Of a DNA stretch of 64,000 nucleotides, positions 21,332-31,108 are shown piece after piece. Below the pieces are notes generated by a model. The model saw only the letters and a list, made by a program, of their open reading frames with translations, did not search any database and was not told the DNA's origin. The position numbers and the translations under genes are program-made. This DNA comes from an uncultured Gemmatimonadales bacterium (GTDB lineage: Bacteria > Gemmatimonadota > Gemmatimonadetes > Longimicrobiales > RSA9), in NCBI GenBank assembly GCA_963798085.1, contig CAWCRS010000007.1, positions 1,472,001 to 1,536,000 on the forward strand, given 5' to 3'. How positions within the stretch are numbered: the first letter of the stretch is position 1; every line of letters starts with the position of its first letter.

Positions 21332-24166
21332 CTAGAACGCGTACCGCAACCTGAGCAGCGCCGTCGTCCCGATGTCGGGCACACCGGGGAAGCTGCGGTA
21401 CTTCGCGTTGAACAGGTTGTTCACGCTGAGCCCGAGCGAGACGCCGCGCATGGAGGGCAGACTGTAGTCGAGCACGATGTCCGCCAGTGTGAATGCCTTG
21501 ACGCAGGGCTCGACGTTGATGCTCGTGGGTGGCGTCGAGAACAGGCATGCGGTGCCCAGGTACACGCCGGAGCTGGCGGGGAAGCCATCGGTGTAGCGCA
21601 CGCGGCCCTCTGCGGAGAATCCGGCCTTGTCATTGTGATAGGCAAGCGAGCCGGTCGTCTTGAACTTGGGCGCATTGAGCGTGACGTCGGTGGTGTCGCT
21701 GCCCAGCACGTACTTGAACAGGTCGTCGTTCACCCAGGAAACGGATGCGCCCAGCGACCACTGGTCATTGAGCAGCGCGGTGGCGCTGAGATCCGAGCCC
21801 CAGAGGCTGATCGTCTTGTCGACATTGGCGTAACTCGCCAGCAGCTGGGCGCCGCTGGCATCGACGTCACTCGAGGAGATCACACCCAGCGGAATCGTCG
21901 CCAGACCCGGTGCCGTGGGCGAGCCTACGAGCTGACCCGCCAGAGCCTGTGCCGCTGCCTGCGACATACCCAGATCCGTAATGAAACGCGTGACCAGATA
22001 CGTGCCCATCTGCGGTCCCGACATCAGCAGCAGCGGCGTCTGCGTCGTGAGCGGCGTCACCAGGTTCTGCCGGCGCGAGAACCACACGTCCGCGGCCAGC
22101 AGCAGCTTGCTGCCCGCAATGCCCTGATAGCCCGCTTCGAACGTGGTGCTCGTTTCTTCACGGATCGGCTTGGTGTCCGGCAGATCGAGCGCCGAGAGCA
22201 ACCCCGTCGTGCCATTCACGGTGTTGAGGTAGCTCGTCGGGATCTGCGTGCCTGTCGGGTGCAGCGTCAGCAAGTATTGCACGATGTTGGCGGGCAGCGG
22301 CGTGCCCTTCAATGCGGCCTGCTGCGCCAGCACCTGCACGGCGGCCGCCCAGTATGCCGACGCATCCGCGGGCACGAGGCCCTTGGGTCCGCCACCCGCT
22401 GCGGGCGTGAACGGAGAACGCATCACGTAACCGCCGTTACTCTGCTTGAAATGGAAGCCGGTCTTGCCCGTGCCCTGCACGCGCACGCTGTAGCCCAGCT
22501 GTGCCAGGCTCGCGTTCGGTACTGCGGTGGGCAGGTCCAGGAACTGATTGAGCGATGAGGGCGTCGAGAATGCGCGGTTGTACGTGAGACGGAAGACCTG
22601 ATTCTGCGCCGGCTTGATCACCAGCCCCGCGCGCGGCGAAAAGATGGCATCGGGCAGCGCGGTGTGATGGTCGACGCGCGCGGCCAGCACGACGTCGAGT
22701 TTCGATGACAATGTCGTTTCCGACTGCAGATAACCGCCGATCTGCGTGGTCTGGTCGTCGTTCTCGTACTTGCCGTTGATGGTGCCTTCGGTGACGGGCA
22801 CCGTGTAGAGCAGGTCGCCGCCATACGTGAGTCGCTCGCGCTCGCCCAGCGAGACACCGTGCTGCAGCTGGCCCACCCACAGCTTGGACTTGTCGACAAT
22901 GGGTGCGCCGTTGCGCAGCAGATAGGTGTCGCCGGCATCGCTGGCATTGACGTAGAACTGACCGAAGAAGCGCTTGTAGCTGCCGCGCGCCTGCAGGTAG
23001 TTGTAGCGCCAGTCGCTGGCCTGCGCCGCGCCCAGGCCGGTCAGCTCGATCTGCGACGCTGTCGATGTGCCCATCGAGAAAATGGTGGTGAAGTCCGGTG
23101 TCACGCTCCAGTCGAGGCGAGCCTCGCCACCCCAGCGGGTCATGCCGAAATCGCGATTGCCAATGCGCGCAATACGCGTGTCCGCCTCCGCCGCGGTGAT
23201 GCCGGTTGCGTTGATCAGGTCCTGCTTGAAGAACGGGTTGCCCGCGAACTTCGCTTTCTCGGATGCCTCCACCGGATCGATGTAGTGCCAGTCGTCACCC
23301 TGCACGTACTGGCCGGAGACCTTGAACGCAACACGATCACTGAACTTCTGCGCGGTGCGGAACTGGCCCTGCCACACCTGGCGATTGCCGCCACTGAGCG
23401 AGAGCACCGTGCCCTGGTCGCGCAGCGGTGAGCGCGTGATGAAGTGCACCACGCCGTTCGCCGTGTTCGGTCCGTACAGCGCAGAGCCCGGTCCCAGCAC
23501 TATCTCAATGCGCTCGATGTCCTCGCTGTTCGCAGGAATGAAGTTCAGCACGTTGACTGCCAGGGATGGCACGCCCGCTATGCGATTGTCGGTGAGCGCG
23601 TGCACCGCGCCCGAGAAGATATTGTTGAAGCCGCGTACCACGACATTTGTGGACTGCAGACCCTGCGTGATCACGTCCACCGCCGCGGAATTGCGGATGT
23701 GATCCACCGGCGTCACTGTGGGCCGGGCCTCGATCTCGCGCTGATTGACCACTTCGACGCGCGCCGGCGCATCCAGCGCTTTCTCCTGCTGCCGTGATGC
23801 CGACACCACGACGGTGTTCAGCTCGATCGCGCGCGGCGAAAGCGCCGCATCCGCCTGCGCTGTGCCGCCCGCCGTGACCTCCACGTTCGCCATTGTCTGC
23901 GTGCCGTAACCGATCGCAGATGCGGTCACCGCATACATACCCGGCGCGACACCCGCAATGCGATAAACACCATCCTGATTGGAAGCCGTGCTCGCTACCA
24001 CGCGACCATCCGTGGTCAGCACCTGCACCAGTGCCTCGACAACCGGTTTGCCCGTGTCAGTTGCCGTCAAATGTCCCGTGATTGTTCCCGACTGTGCGGA
24101 GACGCGCGCGGCGCAGAACAGGAACACGATCGCGCCCAGCAGCAAGCCGCGTTTCGTGACGCTCAT
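21332..24166 (-). CDS. TonB-dependent receptor with N-terminal carboxypeptidase-regulatory-like domain
   Basis: Signal peptide, VVVSASR, plug motif IERIEIVLGPGSALYG.N...GVVHFIT, NNLFN and terminal Phe. Confidence 0.93.
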   Translation of the reverse strand: MSVTKRGLLLGAIVFLFCAARVSAQSGTITGHLTATDTGKPVVEALVQVLTTDGRVVASTASNQDGVYRIAGVAPGMYAVTASAIGYGTQTMANVEVTAGGTAQADAALSPRAIELNTVVVSASRQQEKALDAPARVEVVNQREIEARPTVTPVDHIRNSAAVDVITQGLQSTNVVVRGFNNIFSGAVHALTDNRIAGVPSLAVNVLNFIPANSEDIERIEIVLGPGSALYGPNTANGVVHFITRSPLRDQGTVLSLSGGNRQVWQGQFRTAQKFSDRVAFKVSGQYVQGDDWHYIDPVEASEKAKFAGNPFFKQDLINATGITAAEADTRIARIGNRDFGMTRWGGEARLDWSVTPDFTTIFSMGTSTASQIELTGLGAAQASDWRYNYLQARGSYKRFFGQFYVNASDAGDTYLLRNGAPIVDKSKLWVGQLQHGVSLGERERLTYGGDLLYTVPVTEGTINGKYENDDQTTQIGGYLQSETTLSSKLDVVLAARVDHHTALPDAIFSPRAGLVIKPAQNQVFRLTYNRAFSTPSSLNQFLDLPTAVPNASLAQLGYSVRVQGTGKTGFHFKQSNGGYVMRSPFTPAAGGGPKGLVPADASAYWAAAVQVLAQQAALKGTPLPANIVQYLLTLHPTGTQIPTSYLNTVNGTTGLLSALDLPDTKPIREETSTTFEAGYQGIAGSKLLLAADVWFSRRQNLVTPLTTQTPLLLMSGPQMGTYLVTRFITDLGMSQAAAQALAGQLVGSPTAPGLATIPLGVISSSDVDASGAQLLASYANVDKTISLWGSDLSATALLNDQWSLGASVSWVNDDLFKYVLGSDTTDVTLNAPKFKTTGSLAYHNDKAGFSAEGRVRYTDGFPASSGVYLGTACLFSTPPTSINVEPCVKAFTLADIVLDYSLPSMRGVSLGLSVNNLFNAKYRSFPGVPDIGTTALLRLRYAF

Positions 24167-24721
24167 CGATCAACCTCAGGAAGAGGGAGTACCGTTCGGC
24201 GGGGGATGATACGAAATACAACCCGGCAACTGCGAGAGTGCGCGCGACGTGCGTTGCGTCGGAATTGCGCCGCGATGTGAGGGCTCCATGCGCTGGCGGG
24301 TCGCGACCGAAGCACCGATTTCGATGCTCTGATCCACGACCCGCCATTCCGACGTCAGCACGGTCAGTTCGAACGGAACGCGGGGGTTTTCAGGTCTGCG
24401 GCGGCGGAACCTTACTGGGTCTTAGGGAGAGGTCCATTGGGCACGCCTCCCGCATCCCTTCCCGCTCATCTCCCCGCCCGGCTGACGCCGGAGAACGGGG
24501 TCCAACATACCCGTCCGAAGAGGCCTCCGTCAAGCAGAATCTTTCGCCCCCGGAGACCCGTTTGACGGCGCGTCCGCCGCGGGTTCATTTTGCCCGTCCG
24601 CGCGCCCCGGAAGCTACCGGCAGGATCCCGAAAAGCGCCCGCGGCGTTCCATGTAAGTAACACAAAAACAATATCTTACGGAGTTCGGCCAGGCGCGGCC
24701 CGAGCCCCGGGACTGCATCCT

Positions 24722-26629
24722 GTGGAGCCCTTGAACGCAGCCTGGGAAATCACTGGAAATCACTACCTGGCTTTGCCTTGCATCGCCACCTCCGATGGGG
24801 CGTTGCACGAGGCCAATGTGGTGCACCACGGGATGGCCTCACTGCTGTCCTGGAGAGGCGACCGGAACCCGTCTCCCGAGGCCGTTCCGCTGCTGCGTCT
24901 GGGCCTCGCCATGGAGGGTCGGGAGCTGCCCCTCGAGGGCCTTCGCTGGGAACGGGTCGATCGCTGGATCCCGCGCTTTTCGGCCCGCGCCGGCGACCTC
25001 CGTGTGGTGGTGACCTTCTGCACGCCCGGCGGCTTCGACCCGCTTGCACCCGGTGGCGCCATCATCGTTCACGTCGAAGGGGCGACCGGCCCAGTCCGGC
25101 TCTGGCTCGAGGGATCCTGGAGCTGGTCGCTCCGCACCGTGGCGAGCACCCGGCCGCTCCGGGATGGCAATCGGCTGTGGCGCCCCGAGGCACCCGCTGT
25201 GGTGCTGGAAGCCGGCGATCCGCCTGCCGGCGCCGCCCTGGCCATCACGCTGGTCGAGAAGGACGTGTTCGTGCTGGCGGGTGCCGGCGACGACGAGCCT
25301 TCCACCTTTCCGTCCCACCACGAGCTGGCCGCCGCCAACGGCGGCCGGTTGCGGTTCCGCCTGGGCTGCGAGCGGCGGCCGGACGCGCGCCAGCGGTTCA
25401 CCGTGGCCTTTGTCCTGGGTGTAGCGCCCGAGCGAGATGGCGCCGTGGCCGCGGCGCTGCGTCTGGCCGGGCTGGGCGCCGACGAGCTGGTGCGTCGCGC
25501 CCGCCTGGACCTGGCCAGCCTCAACCGCATTTCCGACGAGGGGGTGGCCCGCGACATCGTCGCCCGTAATCTCGTGTTTCATCACTACTGGGCGGCCGCG
25601 CGCGCGGTGGACGACGACCGGCTCTACCCCGTGCTGTCACGGTCCCCCGAGCACGGCGAGTGCGCCGTCTTCGGCGAGCGCGAAGCGCTGGCCTGGAGTC
25701 TGCCCGCCTATGCCCTAACAGACCCGTTAGTGGCGCGCGAACTGCTGGTGCACGAACTCGAAGTGTATTCCGACCGGCCCGGCAATTTCCGGCGCTACCT
25801 CAATGGCGGCATCCTGGATGCGGGCTTTTCGCTGGGCCGCGCCTGCGAGTACGCGCTGGCCATCGAGCGCTACAGTGACGTGGCCCGGGACGCGGCCTTC
25901 GCGGACGAACCGCTGGTGCAGCAGATCCTGCGCGATCTGGATGACATGGCCTGGAGTCACCTGCACCGCGAGGTGTTCCTGGGTTCGTCGGAAGTACTGC
26001 CCGGCGGCGAGCGCGCGGACTACCCGTTCGCGGCCTTCGATAATGTCGTGTTATGGAAGCTCTGCGGGGTGCTGGAACGCCTCTGGCGGGCCGCGCCGGG
26101 CGAGGCACGGCCCCGCCTGCAGAAGGGCGAGGACGAGATCCGGGCCGCATTCTGGCTGAAACTCACCACGGACGTGCAGGGATTGCCCGTGATCGCCGCC
26201 AGCAGCGACCTGAGCGGACACGCTGCAGTCTACGACGACCCGGCCGGCAGCCTCGGCCTGCTGCCGTACTTCGAATTCTGCGAGGCCGAAGATCCCATCT
26301 GGTCGAACACGATGGAGCTGCTGCATTCACCGGACTACCCGCTGTACCTCGGCGGCCACCGGTTCCCGGGCCTCGCCGGTCGCAGCCAGCCACGCCAGGC
26401 ACGCTTCGCCGCGCTCTGCGCCGACCTGCTCACACCACGCCGGCGGGAGGGCGCCCTCGAAGCGCTGCGCGCGCTGAACCTGCCCGCAGGCGTCGCGGTG
26501 CGCGCATGGGACCCGGATTCCGGCTCCGTTGCCGCCGGGCCCTATGCTGCGTCCGAGGCGGGCTTCCTCGTCTGGGCGCTGCTGCACGAGAGCGCTGCGG
26601 CGCCGCGCAGGAAGAAGAGCGGCCGGTGA
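24722..26629 (+). CDS. Six-hairpin glycosidase-like protein resembling GH125 (metal-independent alpha-mannosidase) in its C-terminal half; start uncertain
   Basis: YDDPAGSLGLLPYFEFCEAEDPIWSNTMELLHSPDYPLY..G..FPGLAG resembles the GH125 DDAN.PSLL.LPYLG...DP.Y.NT...LS..NP motif; overlaps the glgA start (GTGA). Confidence 0.6.
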   Translation: MEPLNAAWEITGNHYLALPCIATSDGALHEANVVHHGMASLLSWRGDRNPSPEAVPLLRLGLAMEGRELPLEGLRWERVDRWIPRFSARAGDLRVVVTFCTPGGFDPLAPGGAIIVHVEGATGPVRLWLEGSWSWSLRTVASTRPLRDGNRLWRPEAPAVVLEAGDPPAGAALAITLVEKDVFVLAGAGDDEPSTFPSHHELAAANGGRLRFRLGCERRPDARQRFTVAFVLGVAPERDGAVAAALRLAGLGADELVRRARLDLASLNRISDEGVARDIVARNLVFHHYWAAARAVDDDRLYPVLSRSPEHGECAVFGEREALAWSLPAYALTDPLVARELLVHELEVYSDRPGNFRRYLNGGILDAGFSLGRACEYALAIERYSDVARDAAFADEPLVQQILRDLDDMAWSHLHREVFLGSSEVLPGGERADYPFAAFDNVVLWKLCGVLERLWRAAPGEARPRLQKGEDEIRAAFWLKLTTDVQGLPVIAASSDLSGHAAVYDDPAGSLGLLPYFEFCEAEDPIWSNTMELLHSPDYPLYLGGHRFPGLAGRSQPRQARFAALCADLLTPRRREGALEALRALNLPAGVAVRAWDPDSGSVAAGPYAASEAGFLVWALLHESAAAPRRKKSGR

Positions 26630-28032
26630 GAATCCTCCATGTGACGTCGGAGGCAACGCCGTATTTCAAGACGGGCGGACTGGCCGATGTTTCGCGGGCG
26701 CTGCCGGATGCGCTGGCCGCCGCGGGTCATGACGTGCGCATCATCCTCCCGCTCTACGGTGTGGCGCGCGAGGGGCTCGATGCCGCCGCACACACGGAAA
26801 CCGTCGCCGTGCCGTGGGTCGGCGGGGAAGTGGCCGTGCGTTTCGTCACGCATCGCGTGGGCACCTCAACGCCGGCCGTGCTCGTGGATCAGCCGGGTTT
26901 CTTCGAGGCCGGCTCGCCGTACGAAGGCGCATCGCGCGAACCACTCGAAGTCGGCCGGCGCTTCGCGTTCTTCTGCCGTGCCGTCGTGCGCTACGCCACT
27001 GCATGGAAGCCCGACGTCATTCATCTGAACGACTGGCCCACTGGCCTGGTGCCTGTGTACGCACTGCTCGACGGGCTCGATGTCGCCACGGTCTTCGCCA
27101 TTCACAACCTCGCCTACCAGGGCAATTTCTCGCCCGTGCTGCTCGAGCAGATCGGGGTGCCCTGGGATTTCTACCGCACGGAGAACGGCATCGAGTTCCT
27201 GCACCACGCCTCGTTCATGAAGGCGGGCCTCGCCCTGAGCGACCGTCTCGTCACCGTCTCGCCGACGTACGCACGGGAGATTCAGACACCGCTGTACGGC
27301 GCCGGCCTCGACGGCTTGCTGCGCTACCGGCACCGCGTGCTGAATGGCATCCTGAACGGCATCGACACCGCCACGTGGAATCCCGCGCACGATCCGCACA
27401 TCGCCTCGCAGTACACGGCGGGCACGCTGGACGGCAAGGACACGAATCGCGCCGCGCTCCTCAGGGAGACCGAGCTGAACGGCGACGGTCCGCTGTTCGC
27501 CATGGTGGGCAGGCTGGCGCAGCAGAAGGGCATCGACCTGGTGATTCGCGCGCTGCCATCCATGGTGGAAGCCGGCGCGCGCCTCGCGGTGCTCGGCAGT
27601 GGCGAGCCTGCCTACGAGCGTGAACTGACCCGGCTCGCGCGTCTCGCGCCCGATCGCGTGGCCCTGTTCAACCGATTCGACGAATCCGTCGCGCACCGCC
27701 TCTACGCCAGCGCCGACTTCTTCCTGATGCCGTCACGCTACGAGCCGTGCGGCCTGGGCCAGATGATCGCGCAGCGTTACGGCACCCCGCCCGTCGCCCG
27801 GCACACCGGCGGACTGGTGGACACGGTCACCGATCGCAAGACCGGCCTGCTGTTCGACGATGCCACGCCTGAAGCCGTGACGTTCGCCGTGCAGCGTGCC
27901 GTCGCGCTGTGGCGGCAGAAGGGTTGGAATGCGCTGCGGCGCCGCTGCATGCGTCTGGACTGGTCCTGGGCGCGCTCCGCGGAGCTGTACGAAGAGGTCT
28001 ACCGCGCTGCCATCGGTCCGCCAACGGCGTGA
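26626..28032 (+). CDS. glgA: Glycogen synthase (GT5)
   Basis: KTGGLADV, HLNDW, IHNLAYQG, TVSPTYAREI, GILNGID, QKGID, MPSRYEPCGLGQ, TGGLVDTV. Confidence 0.96.
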   Translation: MRILHVTSEATPYFKTGGLADVSRALPDALAAAGHDVRIILPLYGVAREGLDAAAHTETVAVPWVGGEVAVRFVTHRVGTSTPAVLVDQPGFFEAGSPYEGASREPLEVGRRFAFFCRAVVRYATAWKPDVIHLNDWPTGLVPVYALLDGLDVATVFAIHNLAYQGNFSPVLLEQIGVPWDFYRTENGIEFLHHASFMKAGLALSDRLVTVSPTYAREIQTPLYGAGLDGLLRYRHRVLNGILNGIDTATWNPAHDPHIASQYTAGTLDGKDTNRAALLRETELNGDGPLFAMVGRLAQQKGIDLVIRALPSMVEAGARLAVLGSGEPAYERELTRLARLAPDRVALFNRFDESVAHRLYASADFFLMPSRYEPCGLGQMIAQRYGTPPVARHTGGLVDTVTDRKTGLLFDDATPEAVTFAVQRAVALWRQKGWNALRRRCMRLDWSWARSAELYEEVYRAAIGPPTA

Positions 28033-28076
28033 GCCGAAAACCGGCGCGGCTCGGGTCCCGGCGTGCGCGTCTCGGG

Positions 28077-28106
28077 TTGACGATGCCGCCAGGCTGCGGC
28101 TATCGT
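28077..28106 (+). promoter_or_regulatory. Probable promoter of the tRNA-Gly/tRNA-Cys pair
   Basis: TTGACG-N18-TATCGT ending 10 nt before tRNA-Gly. Confidence 0.55.
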
Positions 28107-28116
28107 TCAACCCGCC

Positions 28117-28189
28117 GCGGGCATAGCTCAGTTGGTAGAGCGTCTGCTTGCCATGCAGAAGGTCGCCGGTTCGAGTCCGGTTGCCCGCT
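28117..28189 (+). tRNA. tRNA-Gly (GCC)
   Basis: Acceptor stem GCGGGCA/TGCCCGC, D arm AGCTCAGTTGGTAGAGC, anticodon arm TCTGC-TTGCCAT-GCAGA, GGTTCGAGTCC; CCA not encoded. Confidence 0.97.
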
Positions 28190-28226
28190 TTCCCACCCGC
28201 TTCGTCGCACTTCGCGTGCTTCGTCC

Positions 28227-28298
<72 letters not shown>

Positions 28299-28834
28299 CT
28301 TCCATAACAACGAATTACGCCCGACCGACCGGCGCTGACGGGGTCGTGCAGGCAGGCCTGAACGACAAGGACTGCCTGTGCGGCGCCGCGATCGGCTGCG
28401 GCAGGGTCCCGCCCGCAGCATCGGCGATTCACCTGCGCGAGCCCGCCTGCCGACACTCACGCAAGGTACCCCCAACATTCAGGCACTGACGGGCGGGCGC
28501 TGACGCCCGCGTTGAGGACGGGTCACGACACGGCCGGTCCTCGATCGCGGCGAGGCGCCGAGCCGTCGTGACAGCGACAGGCCGGCGGCGCACCAGCTCC
28601 GGCCAGCACCGCGTACCCGGGGGAGCGGTCGAGCGCGTCGCACACGGCCAGGACGAGCCTTCCGGCAGGTCTGCAGGAGCGTGCGTACCGTTGCGGCGCG
28701 ACGGGGGAGGCGCGGGCATTTCCGCACAAAGATGTAGCATTTGTCGCCATCAAGAGCGGGCTTCGACTGCCGAAACTCGCAACATCGGGAAAGGGCAGGG
28801 AAGTCCGGCGCTCAAGAGGAGAGACGAGAATCCA

Positions 28835-29149
28835 ATGGATGGAATGACCGACCTTGTAATGCCGACGACGGGTGGCATCAGCTTCATCAGCGACTGGCTG
28901 CGCCTGCGCTTCGGCCGGGTAATCGATCTGCCGTCGGGCACCGCGGAGGCGGCGTGGCACGTGCACCGGCCGTCGCCGAGCCACGGCTTCACCGTGCGTG
29001 TCGCCGGTGATGCACTGGGTGCCAACCCCGAGCAGATCGAGGTGTGGCTCGAGACGCTCGCTGACCACGCCCGGGACCGCGCGCCGCACGCGCCCCGCCA
29101 TTATCACGTGACCAGTTCAGGACTGCGCATCCGCGGCGCCCGCAACTGA
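28835..29149 (+). CDS. Hypothetical protein (~104 aa)
   Basis: Purine-rich RBS-like AAGAGGAGAG upstream, GC3-biased codons, no motif recognised; start 28835 or 28844. Confidence 0.55.
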   Translation: MDGMTDLVMPTTGGISFISDWLRLRFGRVIDLPSGTAEAAWHVHRPSPSHGFTVRVAGDALGANPEQIEVWLETLADHARDRAPHAPRHYHVTSSGLRIRGARN

Positions 29150-29243
29150 CCTGCCGCCGCCGTGAAGCGGCCCCGGCATTATCTTCCCGCAAGAGCGGTC
29201 GCGCTTTGAGCCTTGCGGCCGCGTCAGTCTTGCGGGAGGCGGC

Positions 29244-30290
29244 GTGGCAGGGACGACGGCGGACGACGCCATTCGGGCCAGTGCACTAACCAAGACATAT
29301 CGAGTGAAAGTGCGGGATTCGGGACTGCGCGGTGCAGTACGCGCGCTGTTCCGCCCGCGCTACCGCGAAGTGCACGCCGTGCGCGATGTCAGCTTTCGCC
29401 TGCAGCCTGGCGAGATCGTGGCGTTCCTCGGGCCCAATGGCGCGGGCAAGACCACGACGCTCAAGATGCTCGCGGGCCTGCTCTACCCGACCTCCGGCAG
29501 CGCGCGCGTGGCCGGCTACGAGCCGTGGCGGGGTGGTTCGCCGTTCAAGCGGCGCATCGCGCTTCTGCTGGGCAACAAGCAGCAGCTGCTCTGGGATCTG
29601 CCGCCCGAGGAGACGTTCCAGTTGAATCGCGCCATCTACGCCATCCCCAAGCCGGCGTACCGCGAACGGCTGCGCGAGCTGGTGCAGCTGCTCTCGCTGG
29701 AAGGTCTGCTCGACCAGCCCGTACGCCAGCTCTCGCTCGGCGAGCGCATGAAGTGCGAGCTGGTGGCCGCGCTGCTGCACCGCCCGGAGGTCCTGTTCCT
29801 CGATGAGCCCACGCTGGGACTCGATCTCGCCGCGCAGGACGGCGTGCGCCGCTTTGTCGCCGCCTATCGCGAGCGCTACGGCGCTGCCGTGCTTCTTACA
29901 TCGCATTACATGGCGGATGTCACGGCACTGGCGGAACGCGTGCTGATCATCAATCGCGGAAAGCTGCTGTACGACGGACAGCTGCACACCCTCGTCGAGC
30001 GCACCGCGCGCACGCGGCGCCTGCAGCTCGTGCTGACGGACGGCGTCAGTGCGGAGCAGCTGGCGCGTTTCGGCACGGTGCGTGAGTTCCGCTATCCCAA
30101 CGCCACGCTGGAAGTGCCACGCGAGTCAGCCACACGCGTGAGCGCTGCGCTGCTGACATCGCTGCAGCTGGCCGACCTCTCCATCCAGGATCCGCCCATC
30201 GAGGAAGTGATCCGGCGCGCCTTCGAGGCGGAAACGGAGTCAGGCGACGACGCCGTGCCGGCGGCCGGCGCGACGCGGGACGCGCCGTGA
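29244..30290 (+). CDS. ABC-2 type transporter ATP-binding protein
   Basis: GPNGAGKTT, LSLGERMK signature, FLDEPTLGLD, LTSH. Confidence 0.95.
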   Translation: MAGTTADDAIRASALTKTYRVKVRDSGLRGAVRALFRPRYREVHAVRDVSFRLQPGEIVAFLGPNGAGKTTTLKMLAGLLYPTSGSARVAGYEPWRGGSPFKRRIALLLGNKQQLLWDLPPEETFQLNRAIYAIPKPAYRERLRELVQLLSLEGLLDQPVRQLSLGERMKCELVAALLHRPEVLFLDEPTLGLDLAAQDGVRRFVAAYRERYGAAVLLTSHYMADVTALAERVLIINRGKLLYDGQLHTLVERTARTRRLQLVLTDGVSAEQLARFGTVREFRYPNATLEVPRESATRVSAALLTSLQLADLSIQDPPIEEVIRRAFEAETESGDDAVPAAGATRDAP

Positions 30291-31108
30291 CGCAGGGCGT
30301 GCGCGCCCTGCGCGGCTGGACCGTTCGCTACGCCGCGCTGATCCGCACGGCATGGCTCGTCGATCTGCAGTACAACGCCGCCATCCTGCTGTGGCTGCTC
30401 TACGCGATGCTGGAGCCGGTGATCTCGCTGGGCATCTGGTGGACAATTGCCGGCGCCGGTCCCGTGCAGGGTTACGACCGTGCGGCCTTTGCGCGCTACT
30501 TCTTCGCAGTCGTGCTCGTGAACCAGGCGACGGTCGCGTGGGATGCGTTCTACATCGATCAGTGGATCCGCGGCGGCGAGATGAACTTCCGGCTGGCGCG
30601 TCCCATTGCGCCCATACACGAAGCCATCGCTGACAACATCGCCTACAAACTGCGCACCGCCACGCTCATGCTCCTTCTGTGGCTGATCATCGCACTGCTC
30701 TGGCCGCCTGTGCGGCTGCCGTTTCATGCCGGCTTCTGGCTGCTCGGCCTGGTGGCCACCGTGCTGGCCGCATGGATCCGCTTCCTGAACGGCTACGCCA
30801 CCGGTCTGCTGGCGTTCTGGATCACGCGCGCGACAGCACTCGTGAATCTGCAATACGGTGTTTCCACGTTTCTCTCCGGTCGTATTGCGCCGCTGTCGCT
30901 GCTGCCGGCCGGTGTCACCGCGGTCGCGTCATGGCTCTGGTTTCCGTACATGCTGTCATTTCCGGTGGAACTGGTCACGGGTCAGCTGCACGGCGCCGCG
31001 ATCCTGCGCGGTTTTGCCCTGCAGCTGGCGTGGGCGGCCATATGGATGCTGGCATGCACCGTGGTGTGGCGCCGTGGCATTCGCCGTTACGCGGCGGTGG
31101 GCGGATGA
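30287..31108 (+). CDS. ABC-2 family permease (DUF990-like)
   Basis: About six hydrophobic segments, IRGGEMNFRLARP, LSGRIAPLSLLP, C-terminal YAAVGG. Confidence 0.88.
   Translation: MTQGVRALRGWTVRYAALIRTAWLVDLQYNAAILLWLLYAMLEPVISLGIWWTIAGAGPVQGYDRAAFARYFFAVVLVNQATVAWDAFYIDQWIRGGEMNFRLARPIAPIHEAIADNIAYKLRTATLMLLLWLIIALLWPPVRLPFHAGFWLLGLVATVLAAWIRFLNGYATGLLAFWITRATALVNLQYGVSTFLSGRIAPLSLLPAGVTAVASWLWFPYMLSFPVELVTGQLHGAAILRGFALQLAWAAIWMLACTVVWRRGIRRYAAVGG

Noticed and set aside
28795..28815. GGGAAGTCCGG resembling cobalamin riboswitch or RNase P motifs
   Set aside because: The other conserved elements (for example the GCCACTG B12-box partner or RNase P helices) are absent
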